Shown: positions 44,341-59,248, counted from the first letter of the stretch. The stretch is DNA of 64,000 nt from an uncultured Gammaproteobacteria bacterium (GCA_963797555.1 CAWCPV010000005.1:1-64000), one strand, 5' to 3'. A program made the numbers and translations. The notes: a model not told the origin generated them from the letters alone.

Positions 44341-46533
44341 TTACCCCCCCGTGGACCACCCCTCCCTGATGATCCGCGGCGTCACGAAGATCAGCAGCTC
44401 CTCCTTGTTGTTGAGTTCGCTGTCCTGCCTGAACAGGTGCCCGAACAGCGGGATGTCGCCCAGCAAAGGGATGTGGTGGTTCGCACTGGTGCGGGTGTGC
44501 TCGAAGATTCCGCCCAGCACCACGGTCTCCCCATTCTTGACCAACACTTGCGTGGTGACCGAGCGGGTGTCGATGCTGGGCACGAAGCCGCCCACGGTAC
44601 CGCTCGGCACGAACTGCCCGACGCTGTCCTTGGAGACGTGCAGGTCCATGCGGATGCGGTCGTCCGGCGTGATGTGGGGCACGACCTTGAGCTGCAGCAC
44701 GGCGTCTTTGAATGAGACGGTGGTCGCCCCGCTGGACGCCGCCTCCTGGTAAGGAATCTCGGTACCCTGCTGGATCACTGCCTCCTGCTGGTCGGCGGTG
44801 ATGACGCGAGGACTCGAGAGGACCTCGCCGCGGCCCTCCGATTGCAAGGCGGACAGCTCCAGGTCCACCAGATAGTTCGCACCGAGAATGCCGAAGGCGA
44901 TGCTCCCCGCCGTCCCGGTCTGGGGCGTCGCGGGGAGGTTGACGTTGAAGCGATTGTTGGACACCGGCGGGGTAATGGGGTAAGGCTGTCCGGTGCTCTG
45001 GATGTTGTTGATCGCCTGGGTAGTCATGCTGTCGGCCCCGGCGGCGGTCCCCGTACTCGCCAGGAACTTGTTGCCCGGGGTCGCGGTGAAGCTGGCTCCG
45101 AGCCGCACGCCCAAGTCCTTCGCGAAGTCATCATTGGCGATCACGATGCGGGAATCGATCATCACCTGCCGCACCGGAACATCCAGCGTCGCGACGAGCT
45201 GGCGGATCTCCGCGAGCTTGTCGGGTGTATCGCTGACCAGCAGGGTGTTGGTGCGCACATCCCAAGTCACCGATCCGCGCTCGGAGAGCAGCGAGTTCTC
45301 CTTGGCCTTGAGCAGAGCGGCCAGCTCACTGGCTTTGGCGTAGTTGACCTGAATGAATTCCGAGCGAAGCGGGGCCAACTGCTCCCGTTCCTTCGCCGCC
45401 TGCAGCTCTTGCTTCTCACGCGCCGCAATCTCTTGGAGCGGGGCGATCCAGAGCACGTTACCCTGCTGGCGTTTGCCCAGCCCCTTGATCTGGAGAATGA
45501 TGTCCAGCGCTTGGTCCCACGGTACGTCCTTGAGGCGTAACGTGATATGGCCCGTCACCGTGTCGCTGGCCACGATATTCAGATCCGTGAAATCCGCGAG
45601 CAACTGCAGTACGGCTCGTACCTCGATGTCCTGGAAATTCAGCGACAGGCGCTCTCCGCTGTACTTCTGCTTTTTCGCCTCGACCTGCTCCCTTGTCAGA
45701 GGCTTTACTTCCAAAGTGAACGTCTTGTCCGCCTGGTAAGCGAACTGCTCATAGTTTCCCTGCGCCGCAACGATCAGGCGAACGTTGTTGCCTTGCTCGA
45801 CGGTATCGATGGTTTCCACAGGGGTGGCGAAGTCGGCAACGTTCAGTCGCCGCTGAAGGGGCTCGGGCAGGCGCGTGTTGGGGAAGTCCACGACTATCTT
45901 GCCCCCCTCCTCTCCGACGTTCACGGTGGGCGCCGGCTGGGAAAAGGTCACCACCACCTGCCCGGCACCATTCGCTCCGCGGTGGAAGTCCACGTTGGTC
46001 ACGGCCCCAGCACCGCCGAGCGCCTGGTAAGGTGCTGGAGCCGACCGGGCTGTCGCAGTGCCCGCTTCCAGCGTGAGACGGAACTCGTTGCCGGTCCGGC
46101 GCACCTGATAGGCCACCGACCGGACCAGATTGAAGACGACCCGCGTACGCCCCATCGCCTCCACCACACTGACACTGCGGAGCATACCGACGTTCACGGT
46201 TTGCGGCGCAGACCCCATGCGGGTGCTGACGCCAGGCAGGTCGACGATGATCCGTGCGGGCTGGTCGGTGGTGAAACTGCTCGGCTCGGGCACCGGGCCG
46301 GACAACTCAAGAGTGACCTCCGCGCGCTCCCCCGGAAGAGCGGAAGGCGTGATCCCCGTCAGCGATGGGGCGGGGGCAACGGCACCGAGAGAGCCCCCAG
46401 CGCCCCACAACGCCAACGCCCCGAGAAACCAGAAAGCTGCGCGCGCGATGCCCAGAAGATCGCGCGCAGGCCCAGGCCCTGCCATTCTTTTTGCCGCAGC
46501 GCTACGGCCCCAGTATCCGGTCATTGCCGTCAC
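44341..46533 (-). CDS. pilQ: Type IV pilus secretin PilQ
   Basis: AMIN domains, LSLNFQDIEVR, VPWDQALD, ELLIFVTPRI. Confidence 0.95.
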   Translation of the reverse strand: MTAMTGYWGRSAAAKRMAGPGPARDLLGIARAAFWFLGALALWGAGGSLGAVAPAPSLTGITPSALPGERAEVTLELSGPVPEPSSFTTDQPARIIVDLPGVSTRMGSAPQTVNVGMLRSVSVVEAMGRTRVVFNLVRSVAYQVRRTGNEFRLTLEAGTATARSAPAPYQALGGAGAVTNVDFHRGANGAGQVVVTFSQPAPTVNVGEEGGKIVVDFPNTRLPEPLQRRLNVADFATPVETIDTVEQGNNVRLIVAAQGNYEQFAYQADKTFTLEVKPLTREQVEAKKQKYSGERLSLNFQDIEVRAVLQLLADFTDLNIVASDTVTGHITLRLKDVPWDQALDIILQIKGLGKRQQGNVLWIAPLQEIAAREKQELQAAKEREQLAPLRSEFIQVNYAKASELAALLKAKENSLLSERGSVTWDVRTNTLLVSDTPDKLAEIRQLVATLDVPVRQVMIDSRIVIANDDFAKDLGVRLGASFTATPGNKFLASTGTAAGADSMTTQAINNIQSTGQPYPITPPVSNNRFNVNLPATPQTGTAGSIAFGILGANYLVDLELSALQSEGRGEVLSSPRVITADQQEAVIQQGTEIPYQEAASSGATTVSFKDAVLQLKVVPHITPDDRIRMDLHVSKDSVGQFVPSGTVGGFVPSIDTRSVTTQVLVKNGETVVLGGIFEHTRTSANHHIPLLGDIPLFGHLFRQDSELNNKEELLIFVTPRIIREGWSTGG

Positions 46534-46557
46534 TCCCCAAGCCGATCATTGGTCGCG

Positions 46558-47102
46558 TTATTCGGTAAGCTCGATCCTAGCCTGCCGTTCTTGCCACCCG
46601 CCTTTCGGGTCAGGCACGATCTCTTTCAAGTCGATCTGAGCCTCTCGGATCGAGACTATCTTGCCGTAATTCTGCCCTAGGTAGTTCCCTGGGCGCACGC
46701 GATATATGGTTCCGTCAGGAACCTTGATCAGCGCCCATGACGCCCCGTCACGCTGCAGGGTACCCACCATCCTCAACGAATCCAGAGGAAATGCCTCCAG
46801 AGACTCCCGCGGACGATTGACGTCCGGATGTATGCCCGCTCCCGCAGCCACCTTCTTCTCCTCTGCCTGCGGTTGCGCAGGCGGCGTGAAGGGGTCCCGG
46901 ATCTCGCCGGCGACATAGGTGAAACTTTCGTAAGGCTTGATCTCGGGCAGGGGCTCGATGTGCCCCGGATTCATCTTTTCCAGCCCAGCAACGTAGGCCT
47001 TCAGGTCCGATAGATTATCGTGCTGCGTGCAGCCCCCTATCCAGAGTGCGAGAACGAAGGTGAGCCACGTGCTTCCTGCCCCCCTCCGACCTCCGTCGCG
47101 TG

Positions 47103-47106
<4 letters not shown>
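46558..47106 (-). CDS. pilP: Pilus assembly lipoprotein PilP
   Basis: Lipobox-like IGGC, RDPF, LEAFPLDSLRMVG, GNYLGQNYG. Confidence 0.92.
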
Positions 47107-49402
<2,296 letters not shown>

Positions 49403-49511
49403 TTAGTAGCTCGTGTTCTTATAGCACATCAAAACGTCCTGTCAACTTCCAAGTCACAAGACGTGTTAGAATAGCAACACTTCGCTCCGCGAGAAGCACC
49501 GCCCACGGGTC

Positions 49512-51859
49512 ATGAAGCTGCTCGTCAGTCTCCTCGCCGCCCTCCTCGTTGCGTTGACCCTCGCGGTTGTCGGTGTCGCGGGCCTGTACGTGTACCTCGC
49601 CCCCCAACTTCCCTCGGTCGACAGCCTCAAGGACGCGCGCATGCAGGTGCCGCTGCGCATCTACACCCGCAACGGCGAACTCATCGCCGAGTTCGGCGAC
49701 AAGCGGCGCACCCCTGTGCCCCTGAGCCAGGTTCCGGACATAGTCCGTAAAGCCGTCCTGGCAGCCGAGGACGACCGCTTTTACGAGCACCCCGGTGTCG
49801 ATTACCGCGCCATGGTACGCGCCGCACTGCATTTGCTCAAGACCGGCGATAAGTCCCAGGGAGCGAGCACCGTTACCATGCAGGTGGCGAGGAACTTCTT
49901 CCTGGACAACCAGAAGACTTACCTACGCAAACTGAGAGAGGTCCTGCTCGCACTCAAGATCGAAAGGGATCTCAGCAAGGACGAAATCCTGGAGCTCTAC
50001 CTAAACAAGATTTACTTTGGCAACAGGGCCTACGGGATCGCGGCGGCCGCCCAGGTCTACTATGGGCGCCGGATCGAAGACCTCGACCTGGCTCAGGTCG
50101 CAATGATCGCCGGCTTGCCCAAGGCCCCCTCGCGTTACAACCCGATAGCGGACGCTGGACGCGCGCTGGAGCGTCGCGGCTACGTCCTGCGCCGCATGCA
50201 CGAGCTAGGCTACATTGACGCAACGGCTTACCAGGCCGCCATGGCCGCGCCCATCAGCGCAAGCCTGCACACCGCGGCTCAGATCGTGGAGGCCCCGTAC
50301 GTGGCCGAGCTGGCGCGGGCGGAGATGGTAGGCCGTTTTGGGGACCAAGCCTACAGCGGGGGCTACAAAGTGTACACGACGGTGGATGCGCGCCTTCAGA
50401 GGGTGGCTGAGTCGGCTTTACGCAAAGGCCTGTTCGCATACACGGAGCGTCACGGCTACCGAGGGCCCGTGCGCCACGTGGATCCCCGGCAGGAGCCGGC
50501 GGCGGATCGGGTTCTGCAACAGGTCCCAGCGGCCGCCGGACTCACCCCCGCTGCCGTGGTGTCGGTGCAAGCCGATGGTGCGGAGGTTCATTCGGTAGAC
50601 GGCCACTCCATCCACCTTCCGTGGGAAGGTATTTCCTGGGCGAGGCGTTACATCACGGAGAACCAGCGAGGCCGCGCCCCGAAGAGCGCCAAGGACGTGG
50701 TCAGCGCTGGCGACATCGTCTACATTCGGCCCACAGAGAGTGGGAAGTGGCAACTCGCTCAGCCTCCCGAGGTGGAGGGTGCCATCGTGACCCTCGCGCC
50801 GGCCGACGGCGCCGTGCTCGCCTTGGACGGAGGGTTCGACTTCTACCGCAGCAGTTTCGACCGGGTCACGCAAGCGCAGCGCCAGCCGGGATCGAGCTTC
50901 AAGCCGTTCATTTACTCCGCTGCCCTCGACAAGGGATTCACTCCGGCCACCCTCATCAATGACGAGCCCGTCGTGGTCGAAGGCACAGACCTGTCCGACC
51001 TCTGGCGTCCCGAGAACTATACCGGTAGGCTCTATGGGCCCACGCGCGTGCGTGAAGCCCTGGTGCACTCCCGCAACCTGGTGTCGGTCCGACTGCTGCG
51101 CTCTATCGGCATCAACTATGCTATCGACTACGTCTCTCGGTTCGGATTTCCGCAACAGCAGCTTCCGCGGGGCCTGTCCCTCGCGTTGGGGAGCGGCGTC
51201 ACCACGCCCTGGCAGCTCGCCGGGGGGTACGCGACGTTTGCGAACGGCGGCTACCGCATAGTACCGTACCTCGTCCAGCGCATCACCGGGCCGGACGATG
51301 AGACCCTGTGGGAGGCTCACCCGGCGCGGGTATGCGGAAAGTGCACCGACAATCCCGCCGCCGCTGAACGCATCATCACGCCGCAGAATGCCTACCTCTT
51401 GACGTCCATGATGCAGGACGTCATTCGCCGGGGCACCGGACGGGGGCGCTCGTGCTCGGGCGCAACGATTTGGCCGGCAAGACCGGCACCACCAATGACC
51501 ACCGTGACGCCTGGTTCTGCGGTTTCAACGCGGACTTGGTCGCCACGGCCTGGGTGGGGTTCGACCAGCCCAAGGCACTCGGGGAGGGCGAAACCGGGAG
51601 CCGGGCGGCACTCCCCGTGTGGATCGAGTTCATGAAAGAGGCGTTGAAGGGTGCGCCGGAACATCTTCTTGAAGAGCCGTCGGGGGTGGTGACGGTGCGT
51701 ATAGATCCGCAAACGGGGCTCCTGGCCAAGTCCGACCAAACGAACACTGTGTTCGAGGTCTTTCAAGCGGACTCGGTCCCGGACCAAGTCGCTGGCGGTC
51801 CGTCAGGCGAGGCGCCGCAGCACGGCGGAGCCATTAGCATTCCGGAACAGCTGTTCTGA
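49512..51859 (+). CDS. mrcA: Penicillin-binding protein 1A (frameshift near 51445)
   Basis: EDDRFYEHPG, GASTVTMQVARN, SSFK, SRN, GKTGTT; divergent from pilM. Confidence 0.95.
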
Positions 51860-51958
51860 AACCCCGACGATCGCTCCTCATGATTGGGTTGTATGCCGCA
51901 CGTCTTCTCGCGTCCCGATCCCTGCCAGGGATCGCGGCGTCGAGCGGCCCGTGAGCGC

Positions 51959-52561
51959 ATGGCCGCGCGCAGCGAGGGGCGTGGCAAAGCCTTGCGCGAG
52001 CGGATCGCGCAGGAGGCTGCACGCCTCATCGCAGAGGAGGGCGTAAGCGACTATGGCATGGCCAAGCGCAAGGCCGCCACGCATCTGGGGGCCTTGGATA
52101 GCAAACACCTGCCGCGGAACTCGGAAGTCGAACACGCACTGATCGACTATCAGCGGCTATTTCAGGCCGACACCCAGCCGGCCACTCTCCGACGGTGGCG
52201 ACTGAGGGCCGTAGAGGCCATGGAATTCCTGGAGAAGTTTCAGCCGCGGCTGGTAGGCGCCGTCCTGACCGGGACTGCCGGCCCATACTCGGACGTCGAG
52301 CTACACGTGTTCGCCGAAACACCCGAGACGGTGGCCCTCTTCCTCATGCAGAGCCGCATCCCGTACCGGCAAGCGGAAAGACGCCTGCGCCTGGCCGCCG
52401 ACCAGTACGCCGTCTACCCGACCTATCGGTTCCTTGCCGGTGACGCTGCCATGGAGCTGACCGTGTTCCCGATCGATGGACTGCGCCGGGCGCCACTCAG
52501 CCCCGTCGACGGCAGACCGCTCAAACGTGCGACGCTGCGTACCGTGCGCGAGCTGCTATAG
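51959..52561 (+). CDS. Conserved hypothetical protein with nucleotidyltransferase-like motif
   Basis: RIAQEAARLI, AKRKAA, PRLVGAVLTGTA..SDVELH. Confidence 0.7.
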   Translation: MAARSEGRGKALRERIAQEAARLIAEEGVSDYGMAKRKAATHLGALDSKHLPRNSEVEHALIDYQRLFQADTQPATLRRWRLRAVEAMEFLEKFQPRLVGAVLTGTAGPYSDVELHVFAETPETVALFLMQSRIPYRQAERRLRLAADQYAVYPTYRFLAGDAAMELTVFPIDGLRRAPLSPVDGRPLKRATLRTVRELL

Positions 52562-53788
52562 CGACACGGGCGGCCGAGCGACACCACTCCGCACGGCTGC
52601 TTCCTCGACTGCACCGGCGACGCGTGACAACAGGCGCGGGTCGAAGGGCTTGGGGATGATGTAGGACGGGCCGAAATCGATGTGGTCCAGCCGGTAAGCG
52701 AGCAGCACCTCCAGCGGCACCGGCTCACGGGCCAATGCCTTCAGAGCATGGAGGGCAGCCAGCTTCATCTCCAGGGTGATGCGCCGCGCACGCGCGTTCA
52801 GCGCCCCGCGGAATATATAGGGGAAGCCGAGCACGTTGTTGACTTGGTTCGGGTAATCAGACCGGCCCGTCGCCATGATCAGGTCGTCGCGCGCGGCGTG
52901 CGCGGCGCTCGGCAGAATCTCCGGATCCGGGTTCGAGAGGGCGAACACCACGGGCCTTGCCGCCATGCTGGAAAGGGTATCGGAGCCCAGCAGATTGGCG
53001 CCAGACAAACCGATAAACACATCGGCACCACGCATGGCATCGGCCAAGGTTCGTGCGGGCGTATCCGCTGCGAACAGGCGCTTGTAGGGATTGAGATCCT
53101 GACGCCCACCATGTATCACACCCTGGCGGTCCACCAGCAGCATTTGCTCTTTACTTGCTCCCAGCGCGAGCAGCAGTCGCATGGAGGCGATGGCAGCGGC
53201 TCCCGCCCCTAGGCAGACGATGCGCACCTCTTGCAAGGTTTTTCCCTGCACCTCCAAGGCGTTCAGCAGCGCCGCACCGAGGATGATGGCGGTGCCATGC
53301 TGGTCGTCGTGGAATACCGGGATGTCCAAGCGTTCGATGAGCGCCTGTTCGATGGCAAAACATGCAGGAGACGCGATGTCTTCCAAATTGATCCCACCAA
53401 AACTCGGGGCGATGCGCACCAACGTCTCGATAAACGCCTCAGGAGATTCCGCTTGCACCTCGATATCGAACACGTCAATGCCCGCAAACTTCTTGAACAG
53501 CACTCCCTTGCCTTCCATGACTGGCTTGCCGGCCAACGGTCCCACGTTCCCCAGGCCGAGCACAGCACTGCCGTCGGTAACCACTGCCACGAGGTTGCCT
53601 TTCGATGTGTACCGGTACACCGCCTCGGGGTCTTCCACAATAGCGTGAACCGGTGCCGCAACACCTGGAGTGTAGGCTAGCGACAGATCCTCCTGGGTTG
53701 CACACGGCTTGGTGATGGCCACGGCGATCTTGCCCGGGGTAGGTTCACAATGGTATCGCAGGGCAGCGGATTTCAGTTGCTCGGACAC
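52556..53788 (-). CDS. NAD(P)-dependent malic enzyme (short form without PTA domain)
   Basis: SLAYTPGVA, KPVMEGK, INLEDI, FHDDQHGTA, TGRSDYPNQVNN. Confidence 0.92.
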   Translation of the reverse strand: MSEQLKSAALRYHCEPTPGKIAVAITKPCATQEDLSLAYTPGVAAPVHAIVEDPEAVYRYTSKGNLVAVVTDGSAVLGLGNVGPLAGKPVMEGKGVLFKKFAGIDVFDIEVQAESPEAFIETLVRIAPSFGGINLEDIASPACFAIEQALIERLDIPVFHDDQHGTAIILGAALLNALEVQGKTLQEVRIVCLGAGAAAIASMRLLLALGASKEQMLLVDRQGVIHGGRQDLNPYKRLFAADTPARTLADAMRGADVFIGLSGANLLGSDTLSSMAARPVVFALSNPDPEILPSAAHAARDDLIMATGRSDYPNQVNNVLGFPYIFRGALNARARRITLEMKLAALHALKALAREPVPLEVLLAYRLDHIDFGPSYIIPKPFDPRLLSRVAGAVEEAAVRSGVARPPVSL

Positions 53789-54026
53789 GATGAGAGACCT
53801 AGGGAGCGCTCCGCAGGCTGAGCAGTCGCGACCGACCGAGGGCGGCTGCCTGGGACCGGCTCAGGACGTGCACAAATCGAGCGACCCCGCCCCGCCCGGC
53901 GCTGCTCCGCCCTTCACGGCGCGGGAGGGTGGGGACAGCGTCGGCGGAGAGGCGTCGTTCCGCAGCAAGGCACTTGGCAGGCGGGGGGCTTCGGGGGACG
54001 AGGACTGGCCTTGCAGACGACCCGGA

Positions 54027-54236
54027 TTACCGGTCCCCGAGGCCGTACTTCTGACGGAAGCGATCGACCCGCCCGGCCGTATCCATGAGCTTCTGCTTAC
54101 CCGTGTAGAAGGGATGGCACGCCGAACATACCTCCACATGGAGGTCATGGCAAAGCGTCGATCGCGTCTCAAAGGTGTTTCCGCAACTGCAGGTGACCTT
54201 GATCTCACAGTAGTTTGGATGGATAGCCGCTTTCAT
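54027..54236 (-). CDS. rpmE: 50S ribosomal protein L31 (Zn-binding type)
   Basis: [27 protein letters not shown]. Confidence 0.96.
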   Translation of the reverse strand: MKAAIHPNYCEIKVTCSCGNTFETRSTLCHDLHVEVCSACHPFYTGKQKLMDTAGRVDRFRQKYGLGDR

Positions 54237-54419
54237 CGCACCACCTCTGGAAAGAACACTTCCGTACCTGAGCGAAACGCATAATGTTATAGCAATCGAC
54301 GGCAGCGGGGCAACCGCCTGTCCAGGTGGCCGCGAACGGGGAGGTTTCCCCGCGTTGCCAGCCCATGCGTTTTCGGGCAACCTCTGCCTGCCGCACAGAC
54401 CCCCACAGAGGGAGTAACC

Positions 54420-54977
54420 ATGGACCTCGTTGGACTGATCCTGTTTGTCGCCCCGTTGATCGTCTTGGGATGGGGCGTCGTGTCATACAACCGGCTCGTA
54501 GCGCTCCGCAACCAAGTTAAGAACGGCTGGCGCCAGATAGACGTACAGCTCAAGCGGCGGCACGACCTCATCCCGAATCTGGTAGAAACAATCAAGGACT
54601 ACATGGCCTACGAGCAGGAGACGCTGCAGAAGGTCATTCAGGCCAGGAATCAAGCCCTCGGCGCCCAGGCTCCCGAGGAAACCGTGCGGGCCGAGGGAGC
54701 GCTCACCGGCGCCTTGGGTCGTCTCTTTGCGCTCATGGAACGCTATCCCGACCTCAAGGCAAACGAGAGTGTGTCGAGGCTCACGGAGGAACTCACGGCG
54801 ACCGAGAACAAGATCGCCTTCGCCCGCCAGTTTTACAACGACAGTGTGATGTCCCTTAACACCGCGGTCCAGAGCTTCCCGTCGAGCCTAGTTGCCACGC
54901 TCTTCCACTTCCAGGAGGCGGCGTATTTCCAGGCTCCGGAACAGGACACCGCGGTCCCGGCGGTGGACCTCCGCTGA
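54420..54977 (+). CDS. lemA: LemA family protein
   Basis: [35 protein letters not shown]. Confidence 0.93.
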   Translation: MDLVGLILFVAPLIVLGWGVVSYNRLVALRNQVKNGWRQIDVQLKRRHDLIPNLVETIKDYMAYEQETLQKVIQARNQALGAQAPEETVRAEGALTGALGRLFALMERYPDLKANESVSRLTEELTATENKIAFARQFYNDSVMSLNTAVQSFPSSLVATLFHFQEAAYFQAPEQDTAVPAVDLR

Positions 54978-54984
54978 TCCGGCC

Positions 54985-56103
54985 GTGTCGCTCACCGCAG
55001 GCGTTGCCTGCCCGGAATGCGGTACTGCCAACCACGGGGGGGCCGCGGTCTGTCGCCTATGCGGAGCATTGCTGCAAGCCGGCGTCACCCCGAGCCGTCG
55101 GCTGCAGCGAAAACTCCTGCGACGTACCGACTTCCTGGCCGCCGTGCAGCAGAACGAGAGACGCACGCGTCGTCTAATCGTCACGTTGCTTCTGGTTACG
55201 GCGGCGCTCGGCTATCTGGTGGGCTGGAACCTGCAACTGCTCGCGGACGCCGCGCCGCCGCCCCCAGCCCCCGCCGTGTTGTTCCTGAGCCGCTGGGGAA
55301 TCGCAGGAGCGATGATCATGCTCGTCGGCGGCGGCCTGTGGTCCCTGTTGGCAACCAGGCTAGGAGACCGGATCGTGATCGAGCTGACCGGCGCCCGGGA
55401 AGTGTCTGCGGCCGCCGAGCCGCAGATCCACAACGTGGTGGAAGAGATGGCGGTAGCTGCCGGGCTGCCGAAGCCGCACGTTTACGTGCTGGAAACCACC
55501 GCGATGAATGCGTTCACGACGGGAATGAGTCCCAGGCGCAGCGCGGTCTGCGTAACGCGAGGCCTGCTCAACAACCTTACCCGCGAGGAGCTCCAGGGCG
55601 TTGTTGGCCACGAGATGGGCCACATCGTCAACCTGGACATGCGCTACGCCACCGTCGTGGCGGTCGTTGTGGGTTTGGTCGCGCTGGTAAGCGACGGCGT
55701 GCTGCGGTCCATGCGCTACGGCGCAGGCCGCAGCCTGCAGCGTTCGGCGCGCCGCCGTCCTAGCGTCGGACCGGTGGTGGTCCTCGCGGCGATGATCCTG
55801 TTCGCCGTAGCGGCCCCCCTGTTCGCCAAGCTCGTCCAGATGGCGGTGTCACGGCAACGGGAGTTTCTGGCCGATGCGACCAGCGTGCGCCTCACGCGCA
55901 ACCCCACGGGACTCATCTCGGCGCTGGAAAAGCTGGCTTCGTCCGCCGGAAGACCGTTCCCAGGGGTCAACCGCGCCACGCAACACATGTTCATCGTAAA
56001 CCCGCTGCGCGACTTCTCCGAGCGGGCCAGCGCCCTCATCGCCACCCATCCGCCCATCGAGCGCCGCATACGGCGGCTGCGCAATCTGGGGGGCCGGAGC
56101 TGA
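54985..56103 (+). CDS. htpX: HtpX-like M48 zinc metalloprotease with N-terminal zinc ribbon
   Basis: CPECG..CRLCG, NAF, HEMGH, SRQREFLADA, THPP. Confidence 0.85.
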   Translation: MSLTAGVACPECGTANHGGAAVCRLCGALLQAGVTPSRRLQRKLLRRTDFLAAVQQNERRTRRLIVTLLLVTAALGYLVGWNLQLLADAAPPPPAPAVLFLSRWGIAGAMIMLVGGGLWSLLATRLGDRIVIELTGAREVSAAAEPQIHNVVEEMAVAAGLPKPHVYVLETTAMNAFTTGMSPRRSAVCVTRGLLNNLTREELQGVVGHEMGHIVNLDMRYATVVAVVVGLVALVSDGVLRSMRYGAGRSLQRSARRRPSVGPVVVLAAMILFAVAAPLFAKLVQMAVSRQREFLADATSVRLTRNPTGLISALEKLASSAGRPFPGVNRATQHMFIVNPLRDFSERASALIATHPPIERRIRRLRNLGGRS

Positions 56104-56107
56104 ATTC

Positions 56108-57364
56108 TCACCGCTTCATGGACTCGAAGAACTCTCCGTTGGTCTTCGTCACCCGCAGGCGCTCGAGCAGAAACTCGATAGCCTCCAGTTCATCCATGGG
56201 GTGCAGAAGCTTTCTCAGTATCCACATCTTCTGGAGTTCGTCGGGGCGGGTGAGTAGCTCCTCCCGACGCGTCCCCGAGCGGTTGATGTTGATCGAAGGA
56301 TAGATGCGTTTCTCCGCGATGCGCCGATCGAGGTGGATTTCCATATTACCCGTGCCCTTGAACTCCTCATAGATCACCTCGTCCATGCGCGAGCCCGTAT
56401 CGATCAGCGCAGTGGCCATGATGGTCAGGCTACCGCCCTCCTCGATGTTGCGAGCCGCCCCGAAGAAGCGTTTCGGCTTCTGCAGGGCGTTTGCGTCCAC
56501 GCCGCCGGTCAGCACCTTGCCCGACGACGGCACCACCGTATTGTAAGCGCGTGCCAGGCGCGTGATGGAGTCGAGCAGGATAACTACGTCCCGCTTGTGC
56601 TCGACCAACCGCTTCGCCTTTTCGATGACCATCTCGGCCACCTGCACATGCCGCGTCGCGGGCTCGTCGAAAGTGCTCGAGATGACCTCCCCGCGTACCG
56701 ACCGAGCCATATCCGTGACCTCCTCGGGGCGCTCGTCGATAAGCAGAACCATGAGGTAGCACTCGGGATGGCTCGCCGTGATGGACTGGGCGATGTTCTG
56801 CAGCATCATCGTCTTACCAGCTTTAGGGGGTGAGACAATAAGGCCCCGTTGCCCCTTACCGATGGGGGCAGTGAGATCGATGACCCTGGCGGTGAGGTCT
56901 TCCGTGCTGCCGTTGCCACGCTCCAGCGTGAGGCGCTGAGTGGCAAATAGCGGCGTAAGATTCTCGAACAGGACCTTATGCTTGGCGTTCTCGGGCGGCT
57001 CGAAGTTGATCTCGCTGACCTTGAGCAGCGCAAAGTAGCGTTCTCCTTCCTTCGGAGGTCGGATCTTTCCCGACACCGTATCACCAGTGCGTAGGCTGAA
57101 GCGGCGTATCTGACTGGGGGATACGTAGATGTCGTCCGGCCCCGCGAGGTAGGAACCGTCCGCGGAGCGGAGAAATCCGAACCCGTCCTGCAACAGCTCA
57201 AGAACGCCATCGCCGTGGATGTCCTCTCCCCGGGCCGCGTGCGCTTTCAGGATAGCGAAGATGATGTCCTGCTTGCGCGACCGCGCCATCCCCTCGATCC
57301 CGATAGACTCGGCGAGCTCCACGAGATCTGCGGCAGTGCGTTGTTTGAGTTCAGTAAGATTCAT
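56108..57364 (-). CDS. rho: Transcription termination factor Rho
   Basis: [30 protein letters not shown]. Confidence 0.98.
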   Translation of the reverse strand: MNLTELKQRTAADLVELAESIGIEGMARSRKQDIIFAILKAHAARGEDIHGDGVLELLQDGFGFLRSADGSYLAGPDDIYVSPSQIRRFSLRTGDTVSGKIRPPKEGERYFALLKVSEINFEPPENAKHKVLFENLTPLFATQRLTLERGNGSTEDLTARVIDLTAPIGKGQRGLIVSPPKAGKTMMLQNIAQSITASHPECYLMVLLIDERPEEVTDMARSVRGEVISSTFDEPATRHVQVAEMVIEKAKRLVEHKRDVVILLDSITRLARAYNTVVPSSGKVLTGGVDANALQKPKRFFGAARNIEEGGSLTIMATALIDTGSRMDEVIYEEFKGTGNMEIHLDRRIAEKRIYPSININRSGTRREELLTRPDELQKMWILRKLLHPMDELEAIEFLLERLRVTKTNGEFFESMKR

Positions 57365-57520
57365 GACGGGTCTTCTGCAACGGGCGCGGGCAGGAATTAC
57401 CCGCGTGGCGAGCCTGGGACGAAGCGTTCGGAGTTCGAATGAGGGTCCGCTGTGTGCGGTGGGGGAGCTGCAACGGACTTAGTCTAGGGTAATCGGACGG
57501 CCGCGTCTAGTGCCCAACGT

Positions 57521-57847
57521 CTAGAGATGCGAATCCAGGAAGGCACCCAGCTGCGACTTCGAAACGGCGCCTACCTTGGTTGCCTCCACATTGCCGTTCT
57601 TGAACAGCATGAGTGTGGGAATGCCGCGAATACCATACTTTGGAGGTGTCTTCGGATTCTCGTCGATATTGAGCTTGGCAACCTTGAGCTTATCCAGGTA
57701 TTCCTCGGCGGCGTCCTCCAGCACAGGCGCGATCATCTTGCAGGGCCCGCACCACTCGGCCCAGAAGTCGACCAGCACGGGCCGAGACGACCTGAGCACG
57801 TCCTCATCGAAGGTCTCGTCTGTCACCGCCACGATACGACCACTCAT
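57521..57847 (-). CDS. trxA: Thioredoxin
   Basis: WCGPC; upstream of rho. Confidence 0.97.
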   Translation of the reverse strand: MSGRIVAVTDETFDEDVLRSSRPVLVDFWAEWCGPCKMIAPVLEDAAEEYLDKLKVAKLNIDENPKTPPKYGIRGIPTLMLFKNGNVEATKVGAVSKSQLGAFLDSHL

Positions 57848-57985
57848 AGGCTCACCTCCAAGTCTGGTTCCACGGGCGTCGGGAACTGCAGATTATCTTG
57901 CTATAATGACTCAACATTTGAGCCCAACGCCGTCTCCATTGCAAGTGCCCGGGGCCGGACTCTCCACCTCTTGAGCCCTTGAGCC

Positions 57986-59248
57986 ATGCGCGCCGAACAC
58001 TTCACCGACACTCGCTTCGACCAATTCGACCTCCCGGCGGCGGTGCTTCAGGGCATCGCAGAGGCCGAGTTTACCCACTGCACGCCCATCCAGGCAGAGA
58101 CCTTGCCCCTGGCCCTGCAGGGCGCCGACGTTGCTGGACAGGCCCAGACCGGCACCGGCAAGACTGCAGCGTTCTTGGTGGGGACACTGAACCGCCTGTT
58201 GACGCGTGAACCTCCAGCGGACCGCAAGCCCAACCAGCCGCGCGCACTCATCATGGCCCCGACCCGCGAGCTGGCGGTACAGATCGCCGCAGAGGCCGAG
58301 GTGCTGGGCAAGTTCGCCGGGATGCGCATCGGGTTGGCTTACGGAGGGGTCGGTTACGAAAGCCAGCGCGAGTTCATCAGGGCGGGGGTGGACATTCTTA
58401 TCGGGACGCCGGGCCGCCTCATCGACTACTGCAAACACCACGTGTTCGACCTCCGCGCCATTCAGGCGGTAGTCGTCGACGAGGCGGACCGTATGTTCGA
58501 CCTCGGCTTCATCAAGGACATCCGGTTTCTCCTCCGGCGTATGCCCCGCCCACAGAATCGGCTCAGCATGCTGTTCTCGGCGACGCTGTCCTGGCGCGTG
58601 ACGGAGCTGGCTTACGAGCACATGAACAACCCCCGGATCATTCGCACCACTCCGGAGCAAGTCACTGTACCCAAGGTACGCGAGGTTCTGTACCACGTAG
58701 CCAAGGAAGAGAAGGTCCCGCTGCTGCTCGGCCTGCTCAAGCGCATGGTACCCGGGCGGTCCCTAGTGTTCGTCAATACCAAACGGGTGGCGGACAGGGT
58801 CGGTGCCTACCTGACCGGAAACGGTTTCCGTGCCGCATCGCTGAGTGGGGACGTCCCGCAGCGTCAGCGCCAGCAGATACTGGAGCGCTTCAAGCATGGT
58901 CACCTCGACATCTTGGTGGCCACGGATGTCGCGGCCCGCGGTCTCCACATTCCCGAAGTCAGCCATGTCTTCAACTTCGACCTGCCGCAGGACCCCGAAG
59001 ACTACGTCCACCGTATCGGTCGGACGGCTCGGCTGGGCGCGAGTGGTGAAGCCGTGAGTCTCGCCTGCGAGCAGTTCGTCTATTCGCTCCCAGATATCGA
59101 AGAATACATCGGGCACAGTATCCCGCCCGAGGCCGTGACCGACGAATTGCTGATCGAGCCGCGCCCTCCCGTCCAGTGGGATCGTCCTCGGCAAGCGGTA
59201 CCGCCGGGACGGCGGCGGCGCTCCGGCCACGCGCCAGCGAGGCGCTAG
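57986..59248 (+). CDS. rhlB: DEAD-box RNA helicase RhlB
   Basis: [23 protein letters not shown]; divergent from trxA. Confidence 0.9.
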   Translation: MRAEHFTDTRFDQFDLPAAVLQGIAEAEFTHCTPIQAETLPLALQGADVAGQAQTGTGKTAAFLVGTLNRLLTREPPADRKPNQPRALIMAPTRELAVQIAAEAEVLGKFAGMRIGLAYGGVGYESQREFIRAGVDILIGTPGRLIDYCKHHVFDLRAIQAVVVDEADRMFDLGFIKDIRFLLRRMPRPQNRLSMLFSATLSWRVTELAYEHMNNPRIIRTTPEQVTVPKVREVLYHVAKEEKVPLLLGLLKRMVPGRSLVFVNTKRVADRVGAYLTGNGFRAASLSGDVPQRQRQQILERFKHGHLDILVATDVAARGLHIPEVSHVFNFDLPQDPEDYVHRIGRTARLGASGEAVSLACEQFVYSLPDIEEYIGHSIPPEAVTDELLIEPRPPVQWDRPRQAVPPGRRRRSGHAPARR

